Assembly (NCBI GenBank): GCA_026395655.1
Contig: JAPLYJ010000046.1
Coordinates: 1 to 50,699, forward strand
Direction of reading: 5' to 3'
DNA from: Candidatus Parcubacteria bacterium
Lineage (GTDB): Bacteria; Patescibacteriota; Minisyncoccia; UBA6257; JAPLYJ01
DNA length: 50,699 bases
Part shown: piece by piece, positions 16,614 to 24,837 of the stretch
Layout: each line of letters opens with the position of its first letter
How positions within the stretch are numbered: position 1 is the stretch's first letter
The notes under the pieces: model-generated
Database searches by the model: none
What the model was told of the DNA's origin: nothing
Seen by the model: the letters and a program-made list of their open reading frames with translations, nothing else
Position numbers and translations under genes: made by a program

Positions 16614-17012
16614 TTATTTTATTTCTATCGCAGCACCAGCTTCTTCCAATTTCTTTTTCATTTCCTCAGCGTCTTTTTGAGGAATATTCTCTTTAACAGG
16701 TTTTGGTGCACCATCTACTAAATCTTTAGCTTCTTTTAAACCTAAACCGGTTAATTCACGTAAAGCTTTGATAACCTGAATTTTAGCTTGACCACCATCT
16801 TTTAAAACTACAGTAAAGGCAGTCTTCTCTTCAGCAGGGCCTCCTTCAGCGGCTCCACCAGCTGCAGGACCTGCAACCATCTGAGGCATGGCTGAAACAC
16901 CAAACTTTTCCTCTAAAACTTTGACTAATTCAGACAACTCTAACACAGTTAAACCTTCTATCTGACTCACGATATCTTCGTACTTACTGGGTACTTTTTT
17001 TTCTTCAGACAT
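16614..17012 (-). CDS. rplL: 50S ribosomal protein L7/L12
   Basis: 132 aa. Ala/Gly/Pro hinge and a C-terminal [28 protein letters not shown]. Confidence 0.95.
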   Translation of the reverse strand: MSEEKKVPSKYEDIVSQIEGLTVLELSELVKVLEEKFGVSAMPQMVAGPAAGGAAEGGPAEEKTAFTVVLKDGGQAKIQVIKALRELTGLGLKEAKDLVDGAPKPVKENIPQKDAEEMKKKLEEAGAAIEIK

Positions 17013-17031
17013 ATTTTTTTTATTATTTAAT

Positions 17032-17550
17032 TTATTTTTTAGTTTTGATAGCTTCTAAAACGTAGACCATTTTGTTAATTTGACTCTGCCAAATCCAAAC
17101 AAAATTTCTTAAAGGAGAAGATATGCCTCCTACCACACGACCTAAAAGAATTTCTCTGGTAGGTAATTTTGCTAATGTTATTACTTCTTCTTTAGTAATA
17201 AATTTGTTATCTATCACTCCGCCTAAAACTGAAACCTTGTCATTCCTAGCAGCAAAAGCCCATAAGGTTTTAGCTGCAGCTAAGATATCCCCTTTTGATA
17301 TCAGCATGAATAAGGAACCATTAAAATTACGCACATCCTTCATATTAAAATCTTTTTGAGATAAAGCTAGGTTAGCTAAGGTCTTTTTTACTACCTGTAC
17401 TTTAGTTTGAGATTCTTTTAATTTTGGTTTTAAAGCATTTAAATGGTTCATGGTTAAGCCATGAAAACCCAAAAAGTATATGCCCTTAGCACCATCTAAC
17501 TCTTGTGAAAGATCTTTTACGATATCTGTTTTTTGTTTTTTGGTTAACAT
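17032..17550 (-). CDS. rplJ: 50S ribosomal protein L10
   Basis: 172 aa. Immediately upstream of rplL. L10-like N-domain. Confidence 0.88.
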   Translation of the reverse strand: MLTKKQKTDIVKDLSQELDGAKGIYFLGFHGLTMNHLNALKPKLKESQTKVQVVKKTLANLALSQKDFNMKDVRNFNGSLFMLISKGDILAAAKTLWAFAARNDKVSVLGGVIDNKFITKEEVITLAKLPTREILLGRVVGGISSPLRNFVWIWQSQINKMVYVLEAIKTKK

Positions 17551-17567
17551 ATTTTTTATTTAAAATT

Positions 17568-17591
17568 AAAAAACTGCGGCAAAACCCGCAG
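17568..17591 (-). terminator. Hairpin plus U-tract just upstream of rplJ (terminator of the upstream gene and/or L10-leader attenuator)
   Basis: Minus strand CTGCGG-GTTTTG-CCGCAG followed by TTTTTT. Confidence 0.55.
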
Positions 17592-17675
17592 AAAAATATA
17601 GTATATACCTAGTTAGGTCTTAATGTCATATGACAGCCTAAGGTCTGCGGATATATCTAAGCCAATACTAACAGA

Positions 17676-19496
17676 TTAACGTTTTTTGTCAATGGTTATG
17701 AATTTTCTAAAAATAGGGTCTTTTTCAGCGCTTTTGACCCTTGCTACGTATTTTCTGATATCTTTTATATCCATTTTAGGGTCAAGATATATATCTAAAA
17801 CTTCTTGAGCACATTTATTAAAAATTTTAAATCCTTTAGAAATATTTTGTATCTGCCAAAAACCTTTTTTAAAAACAATGATATTTTCTTTTAATAAATT
17901 GCGTATTAAAAAAGCACCTACATAATAATACTGGTCCCAGCTGCGAGCATTCTTACCAGACTCATTAAAAGTATAATTTAAAAGCGTACCTATCTTAGCT
18001 AAAAATTGATATTGAGGATTAAATAAATGTGGGTTGGCAGAAAGCAAAATTTTCATACCTACAGTTTCTGCTTTTAATTCATCTAATATTTCTCCCATTA
18101 GATTATCCTTGGAACCTAATCCTATTTTTTTTCTAATTATTAAATTACCATCAGAAGGTATAACCATATGCCCTAACTCATGTAAAGCTGTTTCTATTAA
18201 TGCAGCATTTTGATATGACACCGGTGATATTTTTTGATTAAAAAATTTTAATAATAATGGTCTTTCTTCGTGATTGCTCCAAGATTCGATTATATTATCA
18301 TGTAAAATAATTTGATCAGCATTTGATTCCCCTGGGGTAGGCCAATGTAAATTAGGACCAAAAGCGTAAGGTTGATAGTTAACAAAAATCTGAGGTATTT
18401 TATTGTCAAAATCATGTGTTAATGTATCAGAAATATTTTGAGCAATAGCTCTTAAAACTTTTAATTTTTTTTCTTTTTCAATCAAATTTTTAAATCTATA
18501 CCCTATCCTGAGTTCCACGTCTACCTTGTGCGCTTGGCTAGCTACCGAAGAGTTATTCTGAGATATCACCATTAAAGGGCATCTCTGATTTAAAGCTACG
18601 CCTTTTTGATTTAAATTTTGATATTTTTTATAAACATCTATTGGTTTTTTTGATTCACAACCGTAAGCTTCTGACATAGTAGTAAGATATGTTGGAAGCA
18701 AAGAATATGATTGTGGTAATTTTTTGCTATTAACCAATTTTTTTGCTTTCAAAGACAGTAAACGCATCTCTTTAATTAAATCAGGCCATTCTTGTAAAAA
18801 AATAGATTTATATGGCAAAACAATTATTTTCTTTTTTTTAATATCATATATGTCATATAAGTATTCTAAACCTAAAGATTCTGATAGGTTAGTAGGCAAA
18901 GAACCATTAATCTGGTCTGCTAATTTAATTTGTTTGAGATATGCAAAATCTATCTTATTTCCTAAACAACCAGATATCTCATTTAAAAAAACAATTTCTG
19001 CGCGTTTCATTTCCCATTTTTTAAAAATAGATTCTGGCATATATGTTAACCAAATGTCTAATAATTGGATATTCATTTGTTGACGCCAAGAGGATAACAT
19101 TAATAGAAAATGCCAAACCTCAGGTAAATCAAACCTTATCGATTCTAACAAACCTAAATGATTAAGTTCGTCTTTGCAATCATACTGTTCTACTAATTTG
19201 ATAACAACGGATTTGATTTTTTTCTTTTTCATCAATATCAGCCATTTCTTTTTTTCTTTTTCAAATTCAGGTTCTACGTTTTTTTGCCAATATAAATGTA
19301 TTGATTGTTTAACTAAAAAAAATAAATCTTCTGGTTTTTTAGCCAATGTCCATGTTTTTTCCACAACAGTTTGTTTAAAAAAATCTTTTTCTAAAAAACT
19401 TGTTTTTTTCTTAAAAACATTAAAATCAAACCAAGAATTTACCTGATATGTACTTACATATTGAAAATGATCCCCAAAATGATTTTTGTTTGCCAC
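17676..19496 (-). CDS. Hypothetical 606-aa protein with HELGH zinc-metallopeptidase motif and downstream ELKAE (possibly M49/DPP III-like)
   Basis: HELGH at nt 18168-18182. A second acidic motif DELKAETVG lies about 30 residues later. Apparent GTG start. Confidence 0.55.
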   Translation of the reverse strand: MANKNHFGDHFQYVSTYQVNSWFDFNVFKKKTSFLEKDFFKQTVVEKTWTLAKKPEDLFFLVKQSIHLYWQKNVEPEFEKEKKKWLILMKKKKIKSVVIKLVEQYDCKDELNHLGLLESIRFDLPEVWHFLLMLSSWRQQMNIQLLDIWLTYMPESIFKKWEMKRAEIVFLNEISGCLGNKIDFAYLKQIKLADQINGSLPTNLSESLGLEYLYDIYDIKKKKIIVLPYKSIFLQEWPDLIKEMRLLSLKAKKLVNSKKLPQSYSLLPTYLTTMSEAYGCESKKPIDVYKKYQNLNQKGVALNQRCPLMVISQNNSSVASQAHKVDVELRIGYRFKNLIEKEKKLKVLRAIAQNISDTLTHDFDNKIPQIFVNYQPYAFGPNLHWPTPGESNADQIILHDNIIESWSNHEERPLLLKFFNQKISPVSYQNAALIETALHELGHMVIPSDGNLIIRKKIGLGSKDNLMGEILDELKAETVGMKILLSANPHLFNPQYQFLAKIGTLLNYTFNESGKNARSWDQYYYVGAFLIRNLLKENIIVFKKGFWQIQNISKGFKIFNKCAQEVLDIYLDPKMDIKDIRKYVARVKSAEKDPIFRKFITIDKKR

Positions 19497-19692
19497 AATA
19501 TTTTAATATTACTAAACAAATCTATAATCTGTTTAAACTTATCTTAACAGGAATCTTTAAACTTGGAAAGTGTTGTTTACAGCACAGTTCTAAATTACAA
19601 CGATTCACAGATAAATATAAAATAATTTGCTTGCATCCCAGCAACTAGGCAATTTATTAAAAATCGGATATAATGAGGTTATAAAGATATCT

Positions 19693-20361
19693 ATGCTTAA
19701 CCAAAGATCAAAATATCTACAAATAGCTTTCAACCGTTCTCTTGATGAAGTAAAAGATATGATTGCAAGGCTTCCTGCTTCTGACAAGATAATTATTGAA
19801 GCAGGAACTCCTTTAATCAAAAGATACGGAAAAAGAGGTATAACGGCATTAAAAAATTGGTGGAGCGAGAAAATACGAAAACCTGGATATATTGTTGCCG
19901 ATTTAAAATGTATGGATAGGGGCTCGAGGGAAGTTGAAGCTGTGGCTGAAGCCGGTGCCTCTGCGGCCACTTGTTTAGGATTGGCACCAATAGAAACTAT
20001 CGATGAATTTATTAGAGAATGTGAGAAGGCAGGTATTGACTCAATGATTGATATGATGAATATAGAATTTTCTTTTGAAATTTTACAAAAATTGAAAAAA
20101 CTCCCTACTGTAATTGTTTTACATCGTGGTGTAGATGAAAACGAAAAAAACAGAGAAAAACAAATCCCATATGATCAAATCCACCGTATAAAAGGAACTT
20201 ATGGAAAAGTTTTAATATCTGTTGCTGGCGGGGAAACACCGCGTGATGTTATAAGAACTTTTTTTAATGATTCTGATATAGCGGTTATCTGGCGTCCTTT
20301 TTACGAAGCACCAACAAATACTGCTAATTTAGCACAAGAATTTTTAAAATTGGTAAAATAG
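19693..20361 (+). CDS. 3-hexulose-6-phosphate synthase-like protein (OMP decarboxylase suprafamily), paralog 1
   Basis: By eye it aligns along its length with HPS/KGPDC: YLQIAFN.., IIEAGTPLIK, VADLKCMD (DxKxxD), AGASAATCLG, SVAGG. Start placed at ATG 19693. The track ORF starts at 19627. Confidence 0.68.
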   Translation: MLNQRSKYLQIAFNRSLDEVKDMIARLPASDKIIIEAGTPLIKRYGKRGITALKNWWSEKIRKPGYIVADLKCMDRGSREVEAVAEAGASAATCLGLAPIETIDEFIRECEKAGIDSMIDMMNIEFSFEILQKLKKLPTVIVLHRGVDENEKNREKQIPYDQIHRIKGTYGKVLISVAGGETPRDVIRTFFNDSDIAVIWRPFYEAPTNTANLAQEFLKLVK

Positions 20362-20366
20362 AAATT

Positions 20367-21314
20367 ATGCAAATCCAAAATAATAAAAAAAATAATCTAA
20401 TTAGTTTAATATTTATTGCTCTTTTTATTGTATTCTGTATTAATCCGATTTTAGGTATAATTCTGGTAATTGTACTTATTATATCTTTTAGAATAAAATT
20501 TAAATTTTCAACTACCAATCTATCTAATTATCAACAAATAATAGCTAAATCTCGTAGTAATGTAACAGAAAATAACTTTAATATTGGCTCAGAAAATCTA
20601 ATATCAGACGAACAACCTGTTATACCAATTAAATTTCCCATCTTTACATCTAGTCCAACAAGACTAAAAAAACGAAAAAAATATCTTCACATAGCCCTTA
20701 ACAGCACTCTTGAAGAAGCTAGGGAGATTATTTCACAACTTCCGATTTCAGATAGAATTCTAATCGAAGCCGGAACGCCTTTAATAAAAATATATGGAAC
20801 AGATGTTATTTCGCAAATAAAAGGAATGACACCTGCTGGAACTTACATAGTAGCTGATAATAAATGTGCTGATTTAGCTACGCGCGAAGTAGAAATGATG
20901 GCTAATGCCGGTGCCAATGCCGCAACCTGTCTTGGAGTTGCCCCAATTGAAACTATTGATAGTTTTATTGAAGAATGTCAAAAATTCAATATTGATTCAA
21001 TAATTGATATGATGAATGTTGAAAGCGCTCTCTCGGTTTTGAAAAAATTAAAAAAACCCCCCAATGTAGTAATGTTACATAGAGGTGTTGATGAAAGCGA
21101 ATTTTCAAAAGAAAAACAAATCCCCTATTATCAAATAAAACAAATTAAGGGAAATTACGATATTTTAGTGGCTGTAGCTGGGGGCGATACCATAAGGGAA
21201 ATACAGCGGGCAACTTTTAATGACGCAGATATTGTTGTTGTTTGGAAAAATTTTTACCAACCTAGTGCAGAAACAGCTCAATTAGCTGAATCATTTTTAA
21301 AAGAAATCAAGTAA
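20367..21314 (+). CDS. Membrane-anchored 3-hexulose-6-phosphate synthase-like protein, paralog 2
   Basis: N-terminal roughly 45 aa are hydrophobic (LISLIFIALFIVFCINPILGIILVIVLIISF). A roughly 60-aa linker follows, then a domain closely matching paralog 1 (YLHIALN, LIEAGTPLIK, VADNKCAD, AVAGG). Confidence 0.68.
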   Translation: MQIQNNKKNNLISLIFIALFIVFCINPILGIILVIVLIISFRIKFKFSTTNLSNYQQIIAKSRSNVTENNFNIGSENLISDEQPVIPIKFPIFTSSPTRLKKRKKYLHIALNSTLEEAREIISQLPISDRILIEAGTPLIKIYGTDVISQIKGMTPAGTYIVADNKCADLATREVEMMANAGANAATCLGVAPIETIDSFIEECQKFNIDSIIDMMNVESALSVLKKLKKPPNVVMLHRGVDESEFSKEKQIPYYQIKQIKGNYDILVAVAGGDTIREIQRATFNDADIVVVWKNFYQPSAETAQLAESFLKEIK

Positions 21315-21320
21315 ACTTTT

Positions 21321-21584
21321 TTATTGAAAACAATATTTATTTCCTTTCTGAATATCATTCAAATCAACATTGCTCAAAAGCAAACCAGCAGGCATATCAT
21401 TGGTTGTTAAAGAATCCATAGACATATTTCGCACTTCAATAACAAGTATTTCAGATTGTTTTCCATTAATAATACTTCTCATTCCTTTCTTAATAACACC
21501 TTCAATAGCTTTACCTGTGGCAATTATTCCTCTGCCACGTATAGAAAAAACACCCTCTACCTGAAATGTAGCTTGGTTTACCAT
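21321..21584 (-). CDS. Stand-alone EF-Tu domain II-like beta-barrel protein (87 aa)
   Basis: FQVEGVFSIRGRGIIATGKAIEGVI and AGLLLSNVDLNDIQKGN parallel [23 protein letters not shown] and [17 protein letters not shown] of the tuf gene in this same window. It starts 2 nt after the SPFH gene. Confidence 0.6.
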   Translation of the reverse strand: MVNQATFQVEGVFSIRGRGIIATGKAIEGVIKKGMRSIINGKQSEILVIEVRNMSMDSLTTNDMPAGLLLSNVDLNDIQKGNKYCFQ

Positions 21585-21586
21585 TA

Positions 21587-22366
21587 TTATTTTGGCTTGA
21601 CTGCTTGAGATATTGCCTTAATCCCCTCAAACACTTCAACTGGCAAGGCGAAAATAACTGTTTTTGATGGATCTGGATTTATTTTTTCAATTGTCTGTAA
21701 AGTTCTCATGGATAGACCACCTGGAGTAGAACTGAGAACTTGAGCTGCTTGAGCCAAACGTTCAGAAGCTTGAAATTCACCTTCTGCTCTAATAATAATA
21801 GCACGTCGTTCTCTTTCAGATTCAGCTTGTTTAGCCATAACACGTTTCATATCAGCTGGTAATTCGATATCTTGTATTTTTATATCTGTAACTAATATAC
21901 CCCATGATTGAGTAGCAGCTACAACAGTTTTTTGAATTTCTTCTGCTATTTTCTCTCTTTCTGAAAGCAAAGAATCAAGCTCAATACCACCAATGACATC
22001 TCTTAAGGCAGCTTGAGCGTATTGAGAAACTGCTAAAGTATAATCTTTAATATTTAAAATTGCTTTTTCTGCAGATTGTACTTGAAAATATACAACCGCA
22101 TTAATGCCAACGGGAACATTATCCTTGGTAATTACTTCTTGTTGCGGAATGTCTGTAGTTGTAATACGCATATCAATTTTTATCATTCGTTGAAAACCAA
22201 TAAAAATCCAAGTCATTCCTGGTTGTCTTGTGCCTGTATATTTTCCAAGCGTCAATACAATACCACGATCATATTGATCTATAATCCTTAAACCAAAGAG
22301 GATAAAAAAGACGGCAATCCCAACTAACCAAATTAAAATCATTCCCATAGCTTTTGTATAACACAA
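21587..22366 (-). CDS. SPFH/band-7 (stomatin/prohibitin-like) membrane protein
   Basis: N-terminal TM. EVITKDNVPVGINAVVYFQV, ALRDVIGGIELDSLLSERE, AERERRAIIIRAEGE. The start may be one of the internal Met codons (MGMILIW). Confidence 0.88.
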   Translation of the reverse strand: MCYTKAMGMILIWLVGIAVFFILFGLRIIDQYDRGIVLTLGKYTGTRQPGMTWIFIGFQRMIKIDMRITTTDIPQQEVITKDNVPVGINAVVYFQVQSAEKAILNIKDYTLAVSQYAQAALRDVIGGIELDSLLSEREKIAEEIQKTVVAATQSWGILVTDIKIQDIELPADMKRVMAKQAESERERRAIIIRAEGEFQASERLAQAAQVLSSTPGGLSMRTLQTIEKINPDPSKTVIFALPVEVFEGIKAISQAVKPK

Positions 22367-22486
22367 GTTTTTATCATGATTAAATCTTGTGTATTATTTA
22401 ATTATTATTCGACTAATATCATTATACTATATCTAACAAAATTGAACAATATCTACCTACAAAATAATCAATCAAAAATCAAATTT

Positions 22487-22562
22487 TGGAGCCAGCGGTG
22501 GGATTCGAACCCACGACCTACGCGTTACGAGTGCGTTGCTCTACCAACTGAGCTACGCTGGC
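22487..22562 (-). tRNA. tRNA-Thr (anticodon CGU), CCA encoded
   Basis: GCCAGCG/CGCTGGC acceptor, TAGCTCAGTTGGTAGAGC D-arm, loop CTCGTAA, T-arm GTGGG-TTCGAAT-CCCAC, 3' end TCCA. Confidence 0.88.
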
Positions 22563-22569
22563 ATACAAG

Positions 22570-22641
22570 AGCGGTGGAGGAGATTCGAACTCCCGACCTT
22601 CTCCTTGGGAAGGAGACATTCTACCGCTGAACTACCACCGC
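22570..22641 (-). tRNA. tRNA-Gly (anticodon CCC)
   Basis: GCGGTGG/CCACCGC acceptor. Anticodon stem TCTCC/GGAGA with loop TTCCCAA. T-arm GGGAG-TTCGAAT-CTCCT. CCA is not encoded. Confidence 0.88.
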
Positions 22642-22643
22642 AC

Positions 22644-23030
22644 CTATTTTGAAGTTTTGCCTGTTAGATTCTGCCACATTTTTGTCAGGCTCGTCAACAA
22701 AGACTGATACCAGGCTTTTTTCTTTAAAAAATCCTCTGTAGAAGTAATTTCTTTCAGGGGTACTATAATTACCAACTTCTCCCCTGTTTTAATCATGCCT
22801 AGATTAAGCCTGGCTTCTTCTTCTAAAATACTTTCTTTACCTTTAGTCTGAATTTCATTTTTTAGAGCTTCTTGTTCTTTTTGCAAATTAATAATTTTTT
22901 CTTCTAAACTGCGTTTTTCTAAAATTAAAATTTGGCGTTTTTTAAATTCACGACTAAAAACATAGCCTAGGCCTAAAACAATGATACAAGCTAAAAATAT
23001 TAATAATATTTTGCCTAATTTGTCTTTCAT
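22644..23030 (-). CDS. Septum formation initiator family protein (FtsB/DivIC-like)
   Basis: 128 aa. N-terminal TM, coiled coil, and the family-typical EEEARLNLGMIKTGEKLVII. Confidence 0.7.
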   Translation of the reverse strand: MKDKLGKILLIFLACIIVLGLGYVFSREFKKRQILILEKRSLEEKIINLQKEQEALKNEIQTKGKESILEEEARLNLGMIKTGEKLVIIVPLKEITSTEDFLKKKAWYQSLLTSLTKMWQNLTGKTSK

Positions 23031-23034
23031 GTTT

Positions 23035-24837
23035 TTAAGAACGAGTTTTTAAAAGTTTGAGAAAAATTTCACTGTCAATATGCAAATCAGATTGTTCTAA
23101 AAGCCTTTTTTTACCTTTTTTCTGTTTTTTCCAAAGTTTCATCTTACGAGTACGGTCTCCACCATATAAATGGGCAGTGACATCTTTTTTTAAAGCGCCG
23201 ATAGTTTCTCTGGCAATAATACGACCAAAGCCTTTAGCTTGAATAGCTACCTGATAATTCTGCTGAGGTAAAATTTCTTTTAAGGTTTTAACCAATAGTC
23301 TCGCTTCTGATTCTACTCTTTCGTACGGTATCAAACGAGACAAACTTTCAAAAGTTTTATTAGCTAATAATATCTCTACCTTTTCTATTTGAGTAGCTCT
23401 ATACCCACTAATTTGATAACTCATGGAAGCGTAACCACCGGAAGCTGATTTTAAATTATCATATAAATCTCTTAAGATTTCTGTAAAAGGTAATTCGTAA
23501 TTTAAAGCCAACTTATCTAAACCAATATTTTTAGAAGTAATCTGTACAGCTCTATATTGATTTAAAAGTTTTAAAATATTACTTAAATATTGCGGCGGTG
23601 TAATAATCTCTAAATCAGCAAAAGGTTCTTCTACTTTTTCTAATTTATCTGAAGAAGGAAAATCAGCTGGGCTGATAACAATATATGGGTCTTGCCCTTT
23701 AAGATATATCTTATAAGGTACTAGAGGCAATGTAGTAATAATTTTTAAACGATATTCTCGAACTAATCTCTCACGAGTAATTTCTAAGTGCAACATACCT
23801 AAAAAACCTAAACGAAAACCCTTGCCTAAGACATCACTATTTTCCGGTTCATAAAACAAGCTAGCATCATTTAATTTTAATTTTAACAAAGCGTCTCTGA
23901 ATAATTCATAGTCATCAGCACTTTCAGGATAAAAACCAGCAAAAACCATGGGTCTTGGCTCAGCATATCCTGTTAAAGGTTCTGTTAAAAATTGCCCTTG
24001 TTTGTCTTTTTTGTCTGTTATAGTATCACCTACCCTAACAATTGTCGGGTCTTTTAACCCAGTAGCTACCCAACCAATAGAACCAGCTGACAAACTATCA
24101 ACTTTTATTAACTCAGGATTAAATACTCCTACTTCTAAAACTTCTATTGATTTATTCTGAGCCATAAAATACACTTGGCTGTCTGCTTTGATGTTGCCAT
24201 CAAAAACACGGACATAGGCAATAATGCCTTTATATGGATCATATTTAGAATCAAAAACTAAAGCTTTTAATGGTTTGTCAATTTCTCCTTTAGGACTAGG
24301 TATTTTAGAAACAATAACACTTAATAGCGATTCTATATTAGTTTTTTTCTTAGCAGAAACCATTAAAATTTCTTCTGGTTCAATAGCTAACAATTCTGAT
24401 AATTCTTGACGTCGACTTTCTATATCACTAATAGCTAAGTCTATCTTATTTAAAACTGGAATAATTTTAAGATTTTGTTTCAAAGCTAAATCTAAATTAG
24501 TAATGGTTTGGGCTTGAATACCTTGGGTAGCATCTACTAATAAGATAGCACCCTCTACGGCGGCCAAAGATCTGGAAACCTCATAATTAAAATCTACGTG
24601 ACCTGGAGTATCAATTAAATTAAAAATATATGATTCTCCGTTTTCTTGCCAAGCCATTTTTACCGGATGCATTTTAATGGTGATACCTCTTTCTTTTTCT
24701 AAACTCATTTTATCCAAAAATTGTTCAGAGAGTTTGTCTTTGCTGATAGTATGAGTGACTTCTAAAAAACGATCAGCTAAAGTTGATTTGCCGTGATCTA
24801 TATGAGCAATAATACAAAAATTTCTAATATGGTTCAT
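23035..24837 (-). CDS. lepA: Translation elongation factor 4 (LepA)
   Basis: 600 aa. IRNFCIIAHIDHGKSTLADR, DTPGHVDF, NKID, and a LepA-specific C-terminal domain. Confidence 0.95.
   Translation of the reverse strand: MNHIRNFCIIAHIDHGKSTLADRFLEVTHTISKDKLSEQFLDKMSLEKERGITIKMHPVKMAWQENGESYIFNLIDTPGHVDFNYEVSRSLAAVEGAILLVDATQGIQAQTITNLDLALKQNLKIIPVLNKIDLAISDIESRRQELSELLAIEPEEILMVSAKKKTNIESLLSVIVSKIPSPKGEIDKPLKALVFDSKYDPYKGIIAYVRVFDGNIKADSQVYFMAQNKSIEVLEVGVFNPELIKVDSLSAGSIGWVATGLKDPTIVRVGDTITDKKDKQGQFLTEPLTGYAEPRPMVFAGFYPESADDYELFRDALLKLKLNDASLFYEPENSDVLGKGFRLGFLGMLHLEITRERLVREYRLKIITTLPLVPYKIYLKGQDPYIVISPADFPSSDKLEKVEEPFADLEIITPPQYLSNILKLLNQYRAVQITSKNIGLDKLALNYELPFTEILRDLYDNLKSASGGYASMSYQISGYRATQIEKVEILLANKTFESLSRLIPYERVESEARLLVKTLKEILPQQNYQVAIQAKGFGRIIARETIGALKKDVTAHLYGGDRTRKMKLWKKQKKGKKRLLEQSDLHIDSEIFLKLLKTRS

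Noticed and set aside
19605-19970. 121-aa minus-strand ORF, and the 19627 start of the HPS-like gene
   Set aside because: The minus ORF is antisense to a well-conserved HPS-like domain. The first 22 codons of the plus ORF precede the conserved barrel and lack an RBS, whereas ATG 19693 follows a GAGG.
22376-22630. 84-aa plus-strand ORF
   Set aside because: It lies on top of tRNA-Thr and tRNA-Gly, and its translation is just the complement of the tRNA sequences.
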